Virus record (IMG/VR): IMGVR_UViG_3300042879_001983
Coordinates: 1 to 59,424 of that record
Length of the DNA stretch: 59,424 nucleotides
Source: a virus
Lineage: Duplodnaviria > Caudoviricetes
Strand: one strand, 5' to 3'
How positions within the stretch are numbered: the stretch's first letter is position 1; every line of letters starts with the position of its first letter. Below, piece after piece: positions 8,658 through 18,115 of the stretch. The position numbers and the translations under genes were made by a program. The notes under the pieces are model-generated. The model ran no database searches, had not been told where the DNA came from, and saw nothing but the letters and a program-made list of their open reading frames with translations.

Positions 8658-9329
8658 TTAACCTTTTTTCCAAGCTTCACCTTCCGCCTTTCTTCTACGT
8701 GCTAAACCTGCTTCTACATTTGAACCAGGATTTCTGTAGAGATAGAGCGCATCGGGAACTTTGTCCCACTCTTTATTCTTCAGTACTCTAGTTATAGTAT
8801 TAAAATTATCACCACCGTAAAAACCAGCGCCGAGATTATAAGCAAAGCTGAGCAAAGCTCCTCTTTTACCATCACTCATTTCATTCCAATGTGGAATCTT
8901 ACGAAGTGCTGGGAGAAAGTGATGCTTCGCTTCTTCAATCAGTAGCTCATCTGCTTCTGCTTGAGTAATTTTGTCTCCCATCTTGAATGGTTGCCCATTC
9001 TTATTTCTAGTAGAACCCCAACCAATAGTGATTGGAAGTCCACCAGAAAGAGGATCTGGATAGGCATTCAATCTGCATCCTTCAAATTCTTTAACTAATT
9101 TGATGCCCATTTGTGGAACATCATCACCACCAACTACAGAAGCAGGAGCTGCAGCAGCAGGGGCTGGTGCAGCATTACCCTTTTTTCCTCTAAAAATCTC
9201 CGCCCAATCTACGTTATCTTCTAGATACTTAACTGGTAAGTTATCTTCTAACCACTGTACGGCTTTAACGTGATTAGGATTCTTCTCATCATAGAACTTG
9301 AAAAAGTTGTGTAGATCAATTCTTGCCAT
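8658..9329 (-). CDS. GH24 lysozyme (endolysin) with extra N-terminal domain
   Basis: KEFEGCRLNAYPD...TIGWG, SFAYNLG, GLARRRKAE. Confidence 0.93.
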   Translation of the reverse strand: MARIDLHNFFKFYDEKNPNHVKAVQWLEDNLPVKYLEDNVDWAEIFRGKKGNAAPAPAAAAPASVVGGDDVPQMGIKLVKEFEGCRLNAYPDPLSGGLPITIGWGSTRNKNGQPFKMGDKITQAEADELLIEEAKHHFLPALRKIPHWNEMSDGKRGALLSFAYNLGAGFYGGDNFNTITRVLKNKEWDKVPDALYLYRNPGSNVEAGLARRRKAEGEAWKKG

Positions 9330-9465
9330 TTGTTCCTCCTATATTTGGAAAGTAAATTTCAAATAATTCGTTTGCTTCTTTGTGTTTTCCTTGATTTGTG
9401 AGTTTCTTCACTTCTTCCAGAATTTTCTTTTTAAACTCAGTCGAAGATCCTTCCCCACCCATCAT
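9316..9465 (-). CDS. 49-aa hypothetical protein bridging the two hydrolase genes
   Basis: MMGGEGSSTEFKKKILEEVKKLTNQGKHKEANELFEIYFP...; overlaps both neighbours. Confidence 0.45.
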   Translation of the reverse strand: MMGGEGSSTEFKKKILEEVKKLTNQGKHKEANELFEIYFPNIGGTNGKN

Positions 9466-10108
9466 TACCTCCTGGACACCAACGATGCTTCAGGACTGCC
9501 TTTGTATAAATGGTCTTCTTACCATTTGTTACGGGACCAGTGTAATTATCATTCAAAGAACCATAAGGATCATTAACGAAATATCCCTTTCCATCTGGAG
9601 TCTTACCAATCACTACACACATGTGACCACCAGTAGGAGCAGATAAAGAACCGCGATGCAAGATACCAATAACAACAGGTTTCCCAGCATCAAGACTCTT
9701 ATCAATATCAGCAAAAGAAAGATTATAGCTAAAGTGAGACTTAACTCCATAACCTGCGAGAACTTTCGTCTGTACCGCATGGTCAGTAGTGTCGCCAATC
9801 GCAAATACTTTCTTAACGTATTCATCGTCGCCTTTGATGCTTCCTGGCTTGAGGAAAGCAAGGCACATAGCGCACGATGAACTGTTACAAGTTCTATGTG
9901 CATCTCGATAGTTATCTACTTGATTGAAGTATGGAACGTTAAGAACTGCTGGAGTTGGAGGTTTTGTTCTAAAAATACCAATCCACTCGGTTTCTGAATC
10001 GTCCATAAACTCAGCAGGAAGGTTATCTTCTAACCATTGAACTGCTGCTACGTGATTCGCGTTACCATCATCATAATATTTGAAAAAGTTATGAAGATCT
10101 AACGTCAT
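9437..10108 (-). CDS. C39-like (papain-fold) peptidase with extra N-terminal domain
   Basis: YFNQ..TCNSSSCAM, GGHMCVVIG, VNDPYG; TATAAATA at 10133-10140. Confidence 0.88.
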   Translation of the reverse strand: MTLDLHNFFKYYDDGNANHVAAVQWLEDNLPAEFMDDSETEWIGIFRTKPPTPAVLNVPYFNQVDNYRDAHRTCNSSSCAMCLAFLKPGSIKGDDEYVKKVFAIGDTTDHAVQTKVLAGYGVKSHFSYNLSFADIDKSLDAGKPVVIGILHRGSLSAPTGGHMCVVIGKTPDGKGYFVNDPYGSLNDNYTGPVTNGKKTIYTKAVLKHRWCPGGNDGWGRIFD

Positions 10109-10179
10109 CTCGTTTTTCTATAAACACTGAGGTATTTATAAAAAAAGCACCTATTAAGGTGCTTACAAAGATTATATTT

Positions 10180-10695
10180 TCAGCAATTTACACAGGATTT
10201 ACTTTTTAGGTATCCCAAAACTTTTTCTGGTGTGGTTTCCTCATAAGGATCATCTTCTGCATTATCACATTTACCAGACTCGATGAACAGTTTCTCAATC
10301 AAACAATTATCAATAACAGCAGCATATCGCCACGAACGGTAAGCAAATCCTAGATTAAATTTCTTTACAAGCATATCCATACCTTTGGTAAATTCTCCAT
10401 TACCATCAGGAAGAAGTTTGACTTTTGAAACTCCTAGAGATTTTGCCCATGCATTCATAACGAATGCATCGTTCATAGAAATACAATATACGTCATCAAT
10501 TCCTTGCTGAATGAATTCAACAAACTTTTCTTCATACCCAGGTAATTGATATGAACTGCAAGTAGGGGTAAATGCTCCAGGAAGTGAAAAAATAACTACT
10601 CGCTTTCCAGTAAAAAGTTCTTCTGTGCTGCGAGCAACAAACTTTCCGCTCTCACGGAACATTAAATCAACTGAAGGAATAAGCATAATTTTCAA
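10180..10695 (-). CDS. Type II (PRX5-like) peroxiredoxin
   Basis: PGAFTPTCS, NDAFVMNAW, RSWRYAAV. Confidence 0.95.
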   Translation of the reverse strand: MKIMLIPSVDLMFRESGKFVARSTEELFTGKRVVIFSLPGAFTPTCSSYQLPGYEEKFVEFIQQGIDDVYCISMNDAFVMNAWAKSLGVSKVKLLPDGNGEFTKGMDMLVKKFNLGFAYRSWRYAAVIDNCLIEKLFIESGKCDNAEDDPYEETTPEKVLGYLKSKSCVNC

Positions 10696-10778
10696 TACGT
10701 TTCTAATACTTTCTCTACACTATAACCTAAAAGTGTTAAAAAGGCAACAGCTGTTACTGTCCAAAGTAATTCGATCAT
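10692..10778 (-). CDS. 28-aa membrane peptide
   Basis: MIELLWTVTAVAFLTLLGYSVEKVLETY; overlaps both neighbours. Confidence 0.5.
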   Translation of the reverse strand: MIELLWTVTAVAFLTLLGYSVEKVLETY

Positions 10779-10885
10779 CACCAAATACCTGGAATGATTT
10801 GACCAGTAAAAGCATAACTGCCCATAGCGGCAACAATACCGATCATTGCTGCCCAACCATTAATACGTTCTGCGCGTTCGTTCAT
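10778..10885 (-). CDS. hli: High-light-inducible protein (35 aa), missing from ORF track
   Basis: MNERAERINGWAAMIGIVAAMGSYAFTGQIIPGIW; GGAGG RBS. Confidence 0.95.
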   Translation of the reverse strand: MNERAERINGWAAMIGIVAAMGSYAFTGQIIPGIW

Positions 10886-11034
10886 TTTAGAATCCTCCAA
10901 ATTTCTTTTAATTTTTGAATAATTTTTTGACGTTTTGTTTTTTTAGTCGAAAGAAAGGCTGGTTTTTGATTTGGGTCAGCAGGAACAAATTTAATCTCTG
11001 CCCAAATTTCTGGTTTTTTATTTGAATCTAGCAT
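10882..11034 (-). CDS. 50-aa basic hypothetical protein
   Basis: ATGA overlap with hli. Confidence 0.45.
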   Translation of the reverse strand: MLDSNKKPEIWAEIKFVPADPNQKPAFLSTKKTKRQKIIQKLKEIWRILK

Positions 11035-11101
11035 TTACGATTAAATCGAAAAGATCTTTAAAATAATTTATCACTAAATGCGTAGAAAATCAACTCCAAT
11101 A

Positions 11102-11311
11102 TCAAATCAATCCAAAGAAGAATTTACCTGTGATAGCATAAGAAAGGAAACCAGCAACAATGCCGACCATAGCCCAACGTCCATTTGCTTTCTCCGCTTT
11201 TACTGCATAAGGTTCAAACCCATAACGTTCGATGTCTTCTTTCGACATCCACATTGTAGGTTCTTTAGCGAACATGTTCATTTGTCCGCGCTCATTAGTT
11301 GTTACAGTCAT
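11102..11311 (-). CDS. hli: High-light-inducible protein
   Basis: AEKANGRWAMVG chlorophyll-binding motif. Confidence 0.95.
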   Translation of the reverse strand: MTVTTNERGQMNMFAKEPTMWMSKEDIERYGFEPYAVKAEKANGRWAMVGIVAGFLSYAITGKFFFGLI

Positions 11312-11320
11312 TTTCGTTTT

Positions 11321-11367
11321 ATTACGAATTGTTACACAATTATATAGGAAAAATAAAAAAGAGTCAA
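11321..11367 (-). promoter_or_regulatory. hli promoter with HLR1-like repeat over the start site
   Basis: TTGACT-17nt-TATAAT (11339-11367); + strand ATTACGAA-TT-GTTACACA at 11321-11338. Confidence 0.7.
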
Positions 11368-11413
11368 GTACCTTTGGTAAGCATTTATACTTATTTTGTT
11401 AGGAAATGAAAAT

Positions 11414-11438
11414 AAAAACCACCCCTTTTGGGGGTGGT
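11414..11438 (-). terminator. Porin terminator
   Basis: AACCACCCC..GGGGTGGTT plus T tract. Confidence 0.75.
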
Positions 11439-11461
11439 TCCACTCATTATGTGAGTGATTA

Positions 11462-12910
11462 TCAGAAGGTGAACTTAGTCTGAACGACGCCGCCCCACTT
11501 GGAGGAGTCATCGAACCTTTGATTGTTCGTCACATAGAAGAGAGCAGGAGTGATGCTGATGTTATCAGACACTTGGAACTTGTAGAAGATTTCCAGAAGT
11601 TGAGCGTCTTCTACGTCAGTGGTAGGTGCTGCACCATAAGCAACTCCAGCAGAGTTGCCCTTGGCGAACACATCGCTCCACTGAAGACCGACGAACCAAG
11701 AATCGGTGTTGTAATCATCACCGCCACTTACGGCATTGTAACCGTAACCAGCACTGATTGAAGGAACAAAACCAGACTCAGTAGGTTGCCAGTAACCATT
11801 TACAGCAACGCTATTTGATTCTTGACCAGTAGCAAGAGTTCCATTGAACCCAAGAGGACCGTTGAAGGAACGAGGACGGGTGCCCTCAGTACCATAACGA
11901 TAACCAACACCAACACCCCAGTTAGATGCCTTGTAACCAACTTGAGCAAGCAGGTTTAGAGCACCATCGGCATTGAATACACCAGTCTCACTATCGCTAC
12001 CGTTTTGAGCAACGTAGTTCAGACCAGCAACGAATCCAGTTTTACCAACATACTGAGCACCGAAACCAGCACCAGTTGCCTTGTTATAGACACCAGGAGC
12101 ACCAGCAGTGGTGAAGAAGTCAAGAATTTCCGAACGATAAGCGGTAGGAACCCAAGACATCTCAGTGTTACGAACCAGAGGTCCAGCAGTCAGAGTTACA
12201 TTCTGAGCAACAGGGAACTGATAATACAGGCGATCAATCTCTACACTATTAGCAGTGGTTTCTGCCTTATCAAGTTTGAAGAGTGATGAAGAAGAACCGA
12301 AAGGATTATCATTGAAGTTACCAGCACGAAGACGAGTGCGGAGCAGATCCTTACCAGTGAATGAAGTATCAAAGTTCAGACGGAGATCATAGTTGAATGC
12401 GGTGTTTCCAACGTTTCCACCATCATTCGTTTCAAGACCAGGAACTCCACCCAAAGCAAAGATTGCTTCACCCTTGAGTTTGGTAGTAGTGGAGAATTGA
12501 GTTGCCTCAAGTTCACCAACTTTTGCTTCAAGGCCATTTACACGACCCTTAAGAACACCAAGTTCAGTTTTGAATTCAGCAATAAGACGCTGAAGTTCAT
12601 CGGTAACTTCCGTTACACGATCCAGACAAGCGTTCAGAAGAGCAGCGGCTTCGTAACGACTCATCGAACGACCACCACCATAGGTCCCGTTAGGATAACC
12701 AGCAACGCAACCATAACGCTCAACGAGGTTGCTGAGTGCCTGATATGCCCAATCGGTAGGTTGAACATCAGACAGTTGATTGATACTTGAGACTTGTTCT
12801 GCTGTAGCATATTGATTGACTGCCGCCATATTAAGGTCTGCGGCATTCGCAGCAACAGGAGCAACCATTCCCAGAGCAACAGGTGCAAGCATCAGTTGTT
12901 TGAGTTTCAT
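11462..12910 (-). CDS. Cyanobacterial SLH-domain porin (Som/OprB type)
   Basis: Signal peptide; DVQPTDWAYQALSNLVERYGCVAGYP; FSTTTKLKGE; C-terminal TKFTF; TTGACG-17-TAAAGT upstream. Confidence 0.95.
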   Translation of the reverse strand: MKLKQLMLAPVALGMVAPVAANAADLNMAAVNQYATAEQVSSINQLSDVQPTDWAYQALSNLVERYGCVAGYPNGTYGGGRSMSRYEAAALLNACLDRVTEVTDELQRLIAEFKTELGVLKGRVNGLEAKVGELEATQFSTTTKLKGEAIFALGGVPGLETNDGGNVGNTAFNYDLRLNFDTSFTGKDLLRTRLRAGNFNDNPFGSSSSLFKLDKAETTANSVEIDRLYYQFPVAQNVTLTAGPLVRNTEMSWVPTAYRSEILDFFTTAGAPGVYNKATGAGFGAQYVGKTGFVAGLNYVAQNGSDSETGVFNADGALNLLAQVGYKASNWGVGVGYRYGTEGTRPRSFNGPLGFNGTLATGQESNSVAVNGYWQPTESGFVPSISAGYGYNAVSGGDDYNTDSWFVGLQWSDVFAKGNSAGVAYGAAPTTDVEDAQLLEIFYKFQVSDNISITPALFYVTNNQRFDDSSKWGGVVQTKFTF

Positions 12911-13009
12911 AAAGTTGTTTTTAGTACTAAACGACATATCGAATAACCATGCAAATAGTTGCGGCATGGTTATTCAATGAATTTACTTTAACATTTTTTT
13001 TACAATTCG

Positions 13010-13816
13010 TCAAGCTTTTGGTTGAGATGGTTCTGTGATTCTCCCTAGATACGGATCATATTCCATTAAGTCCGCAATGGTTAACTGAGCCCCAGTCTGT
13101 TCCCAAAAGTTTTTAAGTCCATCATGACTTTGACGATGAAAAATATCAACGTGTTCTGGATGAATAGATGATCCCAATTGAATCTTGTATAAGAAGAGTG
13201 GAATGGAGTAAGTATTTCCCGAATTATAAATTAAGTCATCAGCAACAGGACGTGGTTTAACACCATTATCCAATCGATATTTGTCTTCTCCCTTCACATG
13301 AAATTTAAGAAGCTTTTCTGCATGATGCCTGTTGATAATATAACAAGCTGTAGAAAAATCATTTACAAATCTTTTATGAAGTTTCACATGCAAATCACCA
13401 GTACAAATAATAGCAGTTTGAACTACATCCCAATCATATGGAATTCTAGAATAAAAATCTAACCAAGTAAAATTCCAAAATCTAACCAAATCCAAATTAC
13501 AATCATCTTCCATAATAACTGCATATGGACTATCAGATGTTTCCATCCAATGTTTGATTGCTTTAAGATGTGATGTCGTGCAACCAATTTCCCCAGAGGT
13601 CATCATTTCTGGATATCTACCAGTAAGAATATCACTAAGGTCATCTTGTCTACCATCATACGCAGAGATACGAGTATAGTTTTCAATTTCCCAATATTTA
13701 AATTGGTCTTCCATATATTGAGCTCTCTCTGGTTGACCATCCAGATTAAGATAATAAATTGGACCAATTCCCCTCAGCTTATATGCTGATTTATTTTTAT
13801 CTAATAATTCATTCAT
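13010..13816 (-). CDS. Glycosyltransferase family 25
   Basis: YLNL...ER, GEIGCTTSH, MEDDC. Confidence 0.85.
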   Translation of the reverse strand: MNELLDKNKSAYKLRGIGPIYYLNLDGQPERAQYMEDQFKYWEIENYTRISAYDGRQDDLSDILTGRYPEMMTSGEIGCTTSHLKAIKHWMETSDSPYAVIMEDDCNLDLVRFWNFTWLDFYSRIPYDWDVVQTAIICTGDLHVKLHKRFVNDFSTACYIINRHHAEKLLKFHVKGEDKYRLDNGVKPRPVADDLIYNSGNTYSIPLFLYKIQLGSSIHPEHVDIFHRQSHDGLKNFWEQTGAQLTIADLMEYDPYLGRITEPSQPKA

Positions 13817-14976
13817 AACCCAACCAGAATAAAATCTTCTTTAATTTCAGATTGCTCAGAGACAAAAACAACTCTATCACCATAGTATTCTAGCATTGGT
13901 TGCTGAATTTGATCAAGGATTGTTTGGTTATCACCAATATAAACTTTATATCCAGCATCTAAAAGATCGATACAAAGTTTATATTGGCGACTTTCAGTTA
14001 AGATGTCCGTTCCTTTCTTATAAGAAACATGTGGGAAGTAATAAGGAAGACCTTCATTATTAATTGAAGCAAAATATTCAAATAAGAATTTTGAATGTTG
14101 CTCATTAAAAGCATCAGTAACCGATCCAAGATTATACTTCAATCCAACCTTTTGAGCATATGCAGCAAAAGAACGATTGTCTCTAGGTAGACATGGACCA
14201 CCATATCCAAATCCATATCTCATATATTTTTTACCAACTCTACTATCAGATCCGATAGCATCTAAAACCTGTTCGATTTCGTTTTCTAGACCAGATAAAG
14301 TTAAAACTTCACCGACCATATTTGCGTAACTGATTTTAGTTGTAAGGTAACAATTAAGTGCTAGTTTTACAATCTCTGCTGCAGTAGTAGACATAAAACA
14401 AGGATTTGCTTCAATCCATTGAATTCTGCTATAAATCGTAGCAATCTTAGATCTTACATTAGGATCTTCCCCTCCAATAAGAACCATATCAGCATATCTC
14501 AGATCATGAATAATAGATCCCTGAGCAATAAATTCTGGGTTATAAAAAACGTCTACTCCATATGGAGAAAGTTTTTCTTTAAACTTTTCACAATCTCCAG
14601 GATTTGTAGTGCATCCAACTACAAAAACTTTTCCATTTAAATCAATACCATACTCAGATGCTTTTTGAATATCTTCAACTACTTTCCAAACAGCAGTTAC
14701 ATCGTAAGATCCATCTGCAGCAGAAGGAGTTGCTACCAAAGTGTAGATGATATCGGATTGCTTTACAACCTCAATATTATCAATAGTCGCTACGAAGTTT
14801 TTAGCATCATCTAAAAGATCCGCTACTTCTGGTTCGTTGGTATTGATGATTCGATTGTTTAGGGAAATAACATAATCCTCACGACAATCAGATACGATAA
14901 CATCATATCCAGATTTTTCTGCAAGAAGAGCAAAGCAAATACCAAGTCTTCCTGCTCCGATAACTCCAATCTTCAT
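13813..14976 (-). CDS. ugd: UDP-glucose/GDP-mannose 6-dehydrogenase family protein
   Basis: GAGRLG, YNPEFIAQG, AEIVK, GYGGPCLPRD. Confidence 0.9.
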   Translation of the reverse strand: MKIGVIGAGRLGICFALLAEKSGYDVIVSDCREDYVISLNNRIINTNEPEVADLLDDAKNFVATIDNIEVVKQSDIIYTLVATPSAADGSYDVTAVWKVVEDIQKASEYGIDLNGKVFVVGCTTNPGDCEKFKEKLSPYGVDVFYNPEFIAQGSIIHDLRYADMVLIGGEDPNVRSKIATIYSRIQWIEANPCFMSTTAAEIVKLALNCYLTTKISYANMVGEVLTLSGLENEIEQVLDAIGSDSRVGKKYMRYGFGYGGPCLPRDNRSFAAYAQKVGLKYNLGSVTDAFNEQHSKFLFEYFASINNEGLPYYFPHVSYKKGTDILTESRQYKLCIDLLDAGYKVYIGDNQTILDQIQQPMLEYYGDRVVFVSEQSEIKEDFILVGL

Positions 14977-15767
14977 AGTTTAAATGTAGGAATAGACAAC
15001 ATTTTATGTTTATTTTGGGTGTTAAATTTTTTATAGACTTCGATTGCTTTTAGTTGATTTTCGTTAAGAAACATTGGATCTTCACTCAATCCAGTTTCCA
15101 TAACCCACTCAAGCATTTCATAAGATGTTCCAATCTGATCCTCATCAGATCTACCATCTTCCCAAAGTCCATCTGTGGGAGGAGCATCAACAATACGTTG
15201 ATCTACTCCAAGATATTTTCCAAGTTCCCATACCTCAGTTTTATAAAGGTCTGCGATAGGAGCAATATCAACTCCACCATCACCATATTTAGTATAAAAT
15301 CCCACACCGTAATCTTCAACTTTATTTCCAGTACCGACAACAATACCACCAACAGATCCAGCAATTTGATACAAAGTAACCATGCGAATGCGTGATTTTG
15401 TATTTGCATTTGCAAGTTGATTGCTTGTGTACTGAGAACTGTTAGTCCACCAATTCAAACTATGAACGAATTTATCATACACACTAGAAAGTTCTACACG
15501 AATTCTAGTAACATTAGGATATTTTGCTTCCAATGCTTTTGTATGATCATCTGAAAGTCTATCATTATCTACATTTGAAAGTAGAGGCATAGACAAGACA
15601 TATGTTGGTAGTCCAGTTTCTGCACAAAGAGTTGAGACTACAGCAGAGTCAATTCCTCCAGAAACTCCTACAACAAGAGATTTGATGCTAGGGTTTTCTA
15701 GTACATAGTCACCCAACCATTTAACAATTCTATTTTTTAATTGTTCGTAATCTGAAATTCGATTCAT
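14973..15767 (-). CDS. nadE: NH3-dependent NAD+ synthetase
   Basis: SGGIDS, NTKSRIRM, GFYTKYGDGGVD, PPTDGLW..DEDQIG. Confidence 0.93.
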   Translation of the reverse strand: MNRISDYEQLKNRIVKWLGDYVLENPSIKSLVVGVSGGIDSAVVSTLCAETGLPTYVLSMPLLSNVDNDRLSDDHTKALEAKYPNVTRIRVELSSVYDKFVHSLNWWTNSSQYTSNQLANANTKSRIRMVTLYQIAGSVGGIVVGTGNKVEDYGVGFYTKYGDGGVDIAPIADLYKTEVWELGKYLGVDQRIVDAPPTDGLWEDGRSDEDQIGTSYEMLEWVMETGLSEDPMFLNENQLKAIEVYKKFNTQNKHKMLSIPTFKL

Positions 15768-16576
15768 TGGTATTTTTTAAGATACGACTGTTGTAAATAA
15801 TAATTTTTTAATTCTTCCACACTCATTGATTGGACCTTTTCCCATTCATCATTATTCTGATTCATATGGGGATTACTGAACCATGAATTAGGACCTCTTT
15901 TATGTTCTAGATGATAGACATAATCATTAATACGTCCTACATTATACCCCAATGTAGTAAATCTGTAAAATCTTTCTTTATCTTCTGGTGCATATGCTAC
16001 AAAGTTTTCATTTTCCATTCCACCTTCAATATAAACTTTACGGTTAAAGAACTGAGCCCACCCAAAATCGGAGGTGTGAGTATTTGAATTTTTATCTAAA
16101 ACTGAAAAATCAAAATCGTTAGATAGAAAATCAGAGACTAGTTCATCAGTAGCAGCAACTTGCTTCTGATACATCCCTTGACCGTATGGATATACAATAT
16201 CATAAGTATGATCAATAATAGAATTATATGCCTCTAGATAAGAATTGAATGGGAGAATAACATCACAATCATAATTTACAACAACCTCAGTATTGGAAAC
16301 CCATAGCATTTCATTCAGAATTCTTTGCCTATGAAAAGTTCCACCATCACTTTCTTCAAAGATATGATCAATATCTGGAACATTTCCCAGAAATTCTGAA
16401 ATCTGAGGAAGTGCTTGATTACGAAATACTGAAGTAGAATCAACCTCCTTTAAGATTATATTTGTTTCAAAATTTTCCAATAAAAAGCATAGAGATGTAA
16501 TAACATTCCTAAGTCTATCATCAGATTCTATTCTGACTGGAATGATAAAAGTCGCTTTTGATAAATCAGTTTTCAT
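15764..16576 (-). CDS. GT-A glycosyltransferase (GT2/GT7C-like)
   Basis: FIIPVR, YDCDV, GGMENENF..PED, YHLEH. Confidence 0.8.
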   Translation of the reverse strand: MKTDLSKATFIIPVRIESDDRLRNVITSLCFLLENFETNIILKEVDSTSVFRNQALPQISEFLGNVPDIDHIFEESDGGTFHRQRILNEMLWVSNTEVVVNYDCDVILPFNSYLEAYNSIIDHTYDIVYPYGQGMYQKQVAATDELVSDFLSNDFDFSVLDKNSNTHTSDFGWAQFFNRKVYIEGGMENENFVAYAPEDKERFYRFTTLGYNVGRINDYVYHLEHKRGPNSWFSNPHMNQNNDEWEKVQSMSVEELKNYYLQQSYLKKYQ

Positions 16577-17324
16577 CTGGATACTTTCTAGTTTGTATAA
16601 ATTCTGAATATTTTTCTTGAATATATTTTAATTCTTTACTATTCATCATCCATCCACCTTCTGGATGCTCTACAACACAATCATATTGAGAAGTTGCTTG
16701 ACTGCTTATTCGATTATCATGATCTCTATTTGCAACTAGAATATCAGGAATAATATTTGGAAGTCCATTATTCCACCTCATTCTATGATAAAAATCGGTG
16801 TCGAGTAATAGTTTTAGATTTAAATCAAAGTTAACTTTGCAATCATTTAAAAATGAAACTACGGATGGACTGCTCAGAAGATTTCTTCCCTCAAGAGTGT
16901 AGTCAACCCATTTTGGAACTTTTTGATCATAGAAAGAAACTCCGTCTTTAGTTCCGCAAAATCCACTAAATGCCCATTTACAATTAGATGTTTTGTATTC
17001 CTCGGAAATAATTTCTAATGCTTTCGGTGAAACAAAAACATCATCGGAGAACATGATTTTAATTATTTTACCAGCACAATTATCTAAAGCAACATTAATA
17101 TTTTCACATGCATTAGTACCAGAATATCTAACAAAAGTAAATTCAAAATCATCAGAATATTCTTTACAAACATCCAAGATTAAATCATTTTTACTTTGAT
17201 CAGAAACAACAATATCAAAATCTTGAAACGTTTGAACCTTAAGAGAATCGAGCAATTGTCTCATCCAAATTGGTCCATTCTCTCCCCTATCATGAGATGG
17301 AATTGCAATAGAAAATTCAGTCAT
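16566..17324 (-). CDS. Glycosyltransferase family 2
   Basis: SIAIPS, VVSDQS, FSDD. Confidence 0.85.
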   Translation of the reverse strand: MTEFSIAIPSHDRGENGPIWMRQLLDSLKVQTFQDFDIVVSDQSKNDLILDVCKEYSDDFEFTFVRYSGTNACENINVALDNCAGKIIKIMFSDDVFVSPKALEIISEEYKTSNCKWAFSGFCGTKDGVSFYDQKVPKWVDYTLEGRNLLSSPSVVSFLNDCKVNFDLNLKLLLDTDFYHRMRWNNGLPNIIPDILVANRDHDNRISSQATSQYDCVVEHPEGGWMMNSKELKYIQEKYSEFIQTRKYPDEN

Positions 17325-18115
17325 TAAATTCTTTCCCAATCCTCAGGTACTAAATCAACTTCATCAATTGTAGCAGCAGGTCCAAACCAAACTTTGGGTG
17401 CAATAATTTTTTTAGAATTAGCCAACCATGCTCCCCACCAACTATAAGTACTATTAGCAATGATATGATATGAGCAAAGAGTCATAAGGCACATATCAAT
17501 TATATTATCATCAGATTCCGAGATCAAAAATCTATCACTCTCAAATAAAGATTGAGTCTTACACCACTTTGGATCATCAGAAAAAATCATAACTGGAAGA
17601 TTTTCTGGTAGTTTTTCCAGTGCTGCTTCGTAGTATTCAAGAGGGAGAACTGGATGATATTGTGGTTTAATTAGATGATCTGTTCTACGAATATGAAGAG
17701 AAATTGCATCAACTCCAAATGAGAACATCTCTTTACATGGTTTGAGAATATCATCTACGAAAGTAAAGTCTTCACGAATTTCATCAGCAATATGATTAAA
17801 GTATTTTGGTGATTGAAAATACCCATAAAGATTTACGTTATCTTCGCAGTTATTAAAAAGATTTTCATTAAATCTAAATGTTTCCTCTTCCACATAAGGT
17901 GCTGGAAAAAGATTAACCTCCTTTACATGAGGAAGATTAAAAGCCATGAATAACTTATGCTGATTTTCTTCATCGTTGAATTCATCATAAGTTTTAGGAC
18001 CAGGGGGAATACACCAATCAAATCCTCGATTAGCAGCAATTCCTCTAGTAGCAGCGTATTGGAACATTTGATTTCCAAAACGACCATTCTTTCCTAAGTG
18101 ATTATGTCCGATCAT
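17324..18115 (-). CDS. GT11 alpha-1,2-fucosyltransferase-like
   Basis: GRFGNQMFQYA, GYFQS, HIRRTD, ANSTYSWW. Confidence 0.9.
   Translation of the reverse strand: MIGHNHLGKNGRFGNQMFQYAATRGIAANRGFDWCIPPGPKTYDEFNDEENQHKLFMAFNLPHVKEVNLFPAPYVEEETFRFNENLFNNCEDNVNLYGYFQSPKYFNHIADEIREDFTFVDDILKPCKEMFSFGVDAISLHIRRTDHLIKPQYHPVLPLEYYEAALEKLPENLPVMIFSDDPKWCKTQSLFESDRFLISESDDNIIDMCLMTLCSYHIIANSTYSWWGAWLANSKKIIAPKVWFGPAATIDEVDLVPEDWERI

Noticed and set aside
12982-13006. Pho box or HLR1 in the porin promoter
   Set aside because: Half-sites are degenerate, spacing does not fit HLR1, and the context is a T run
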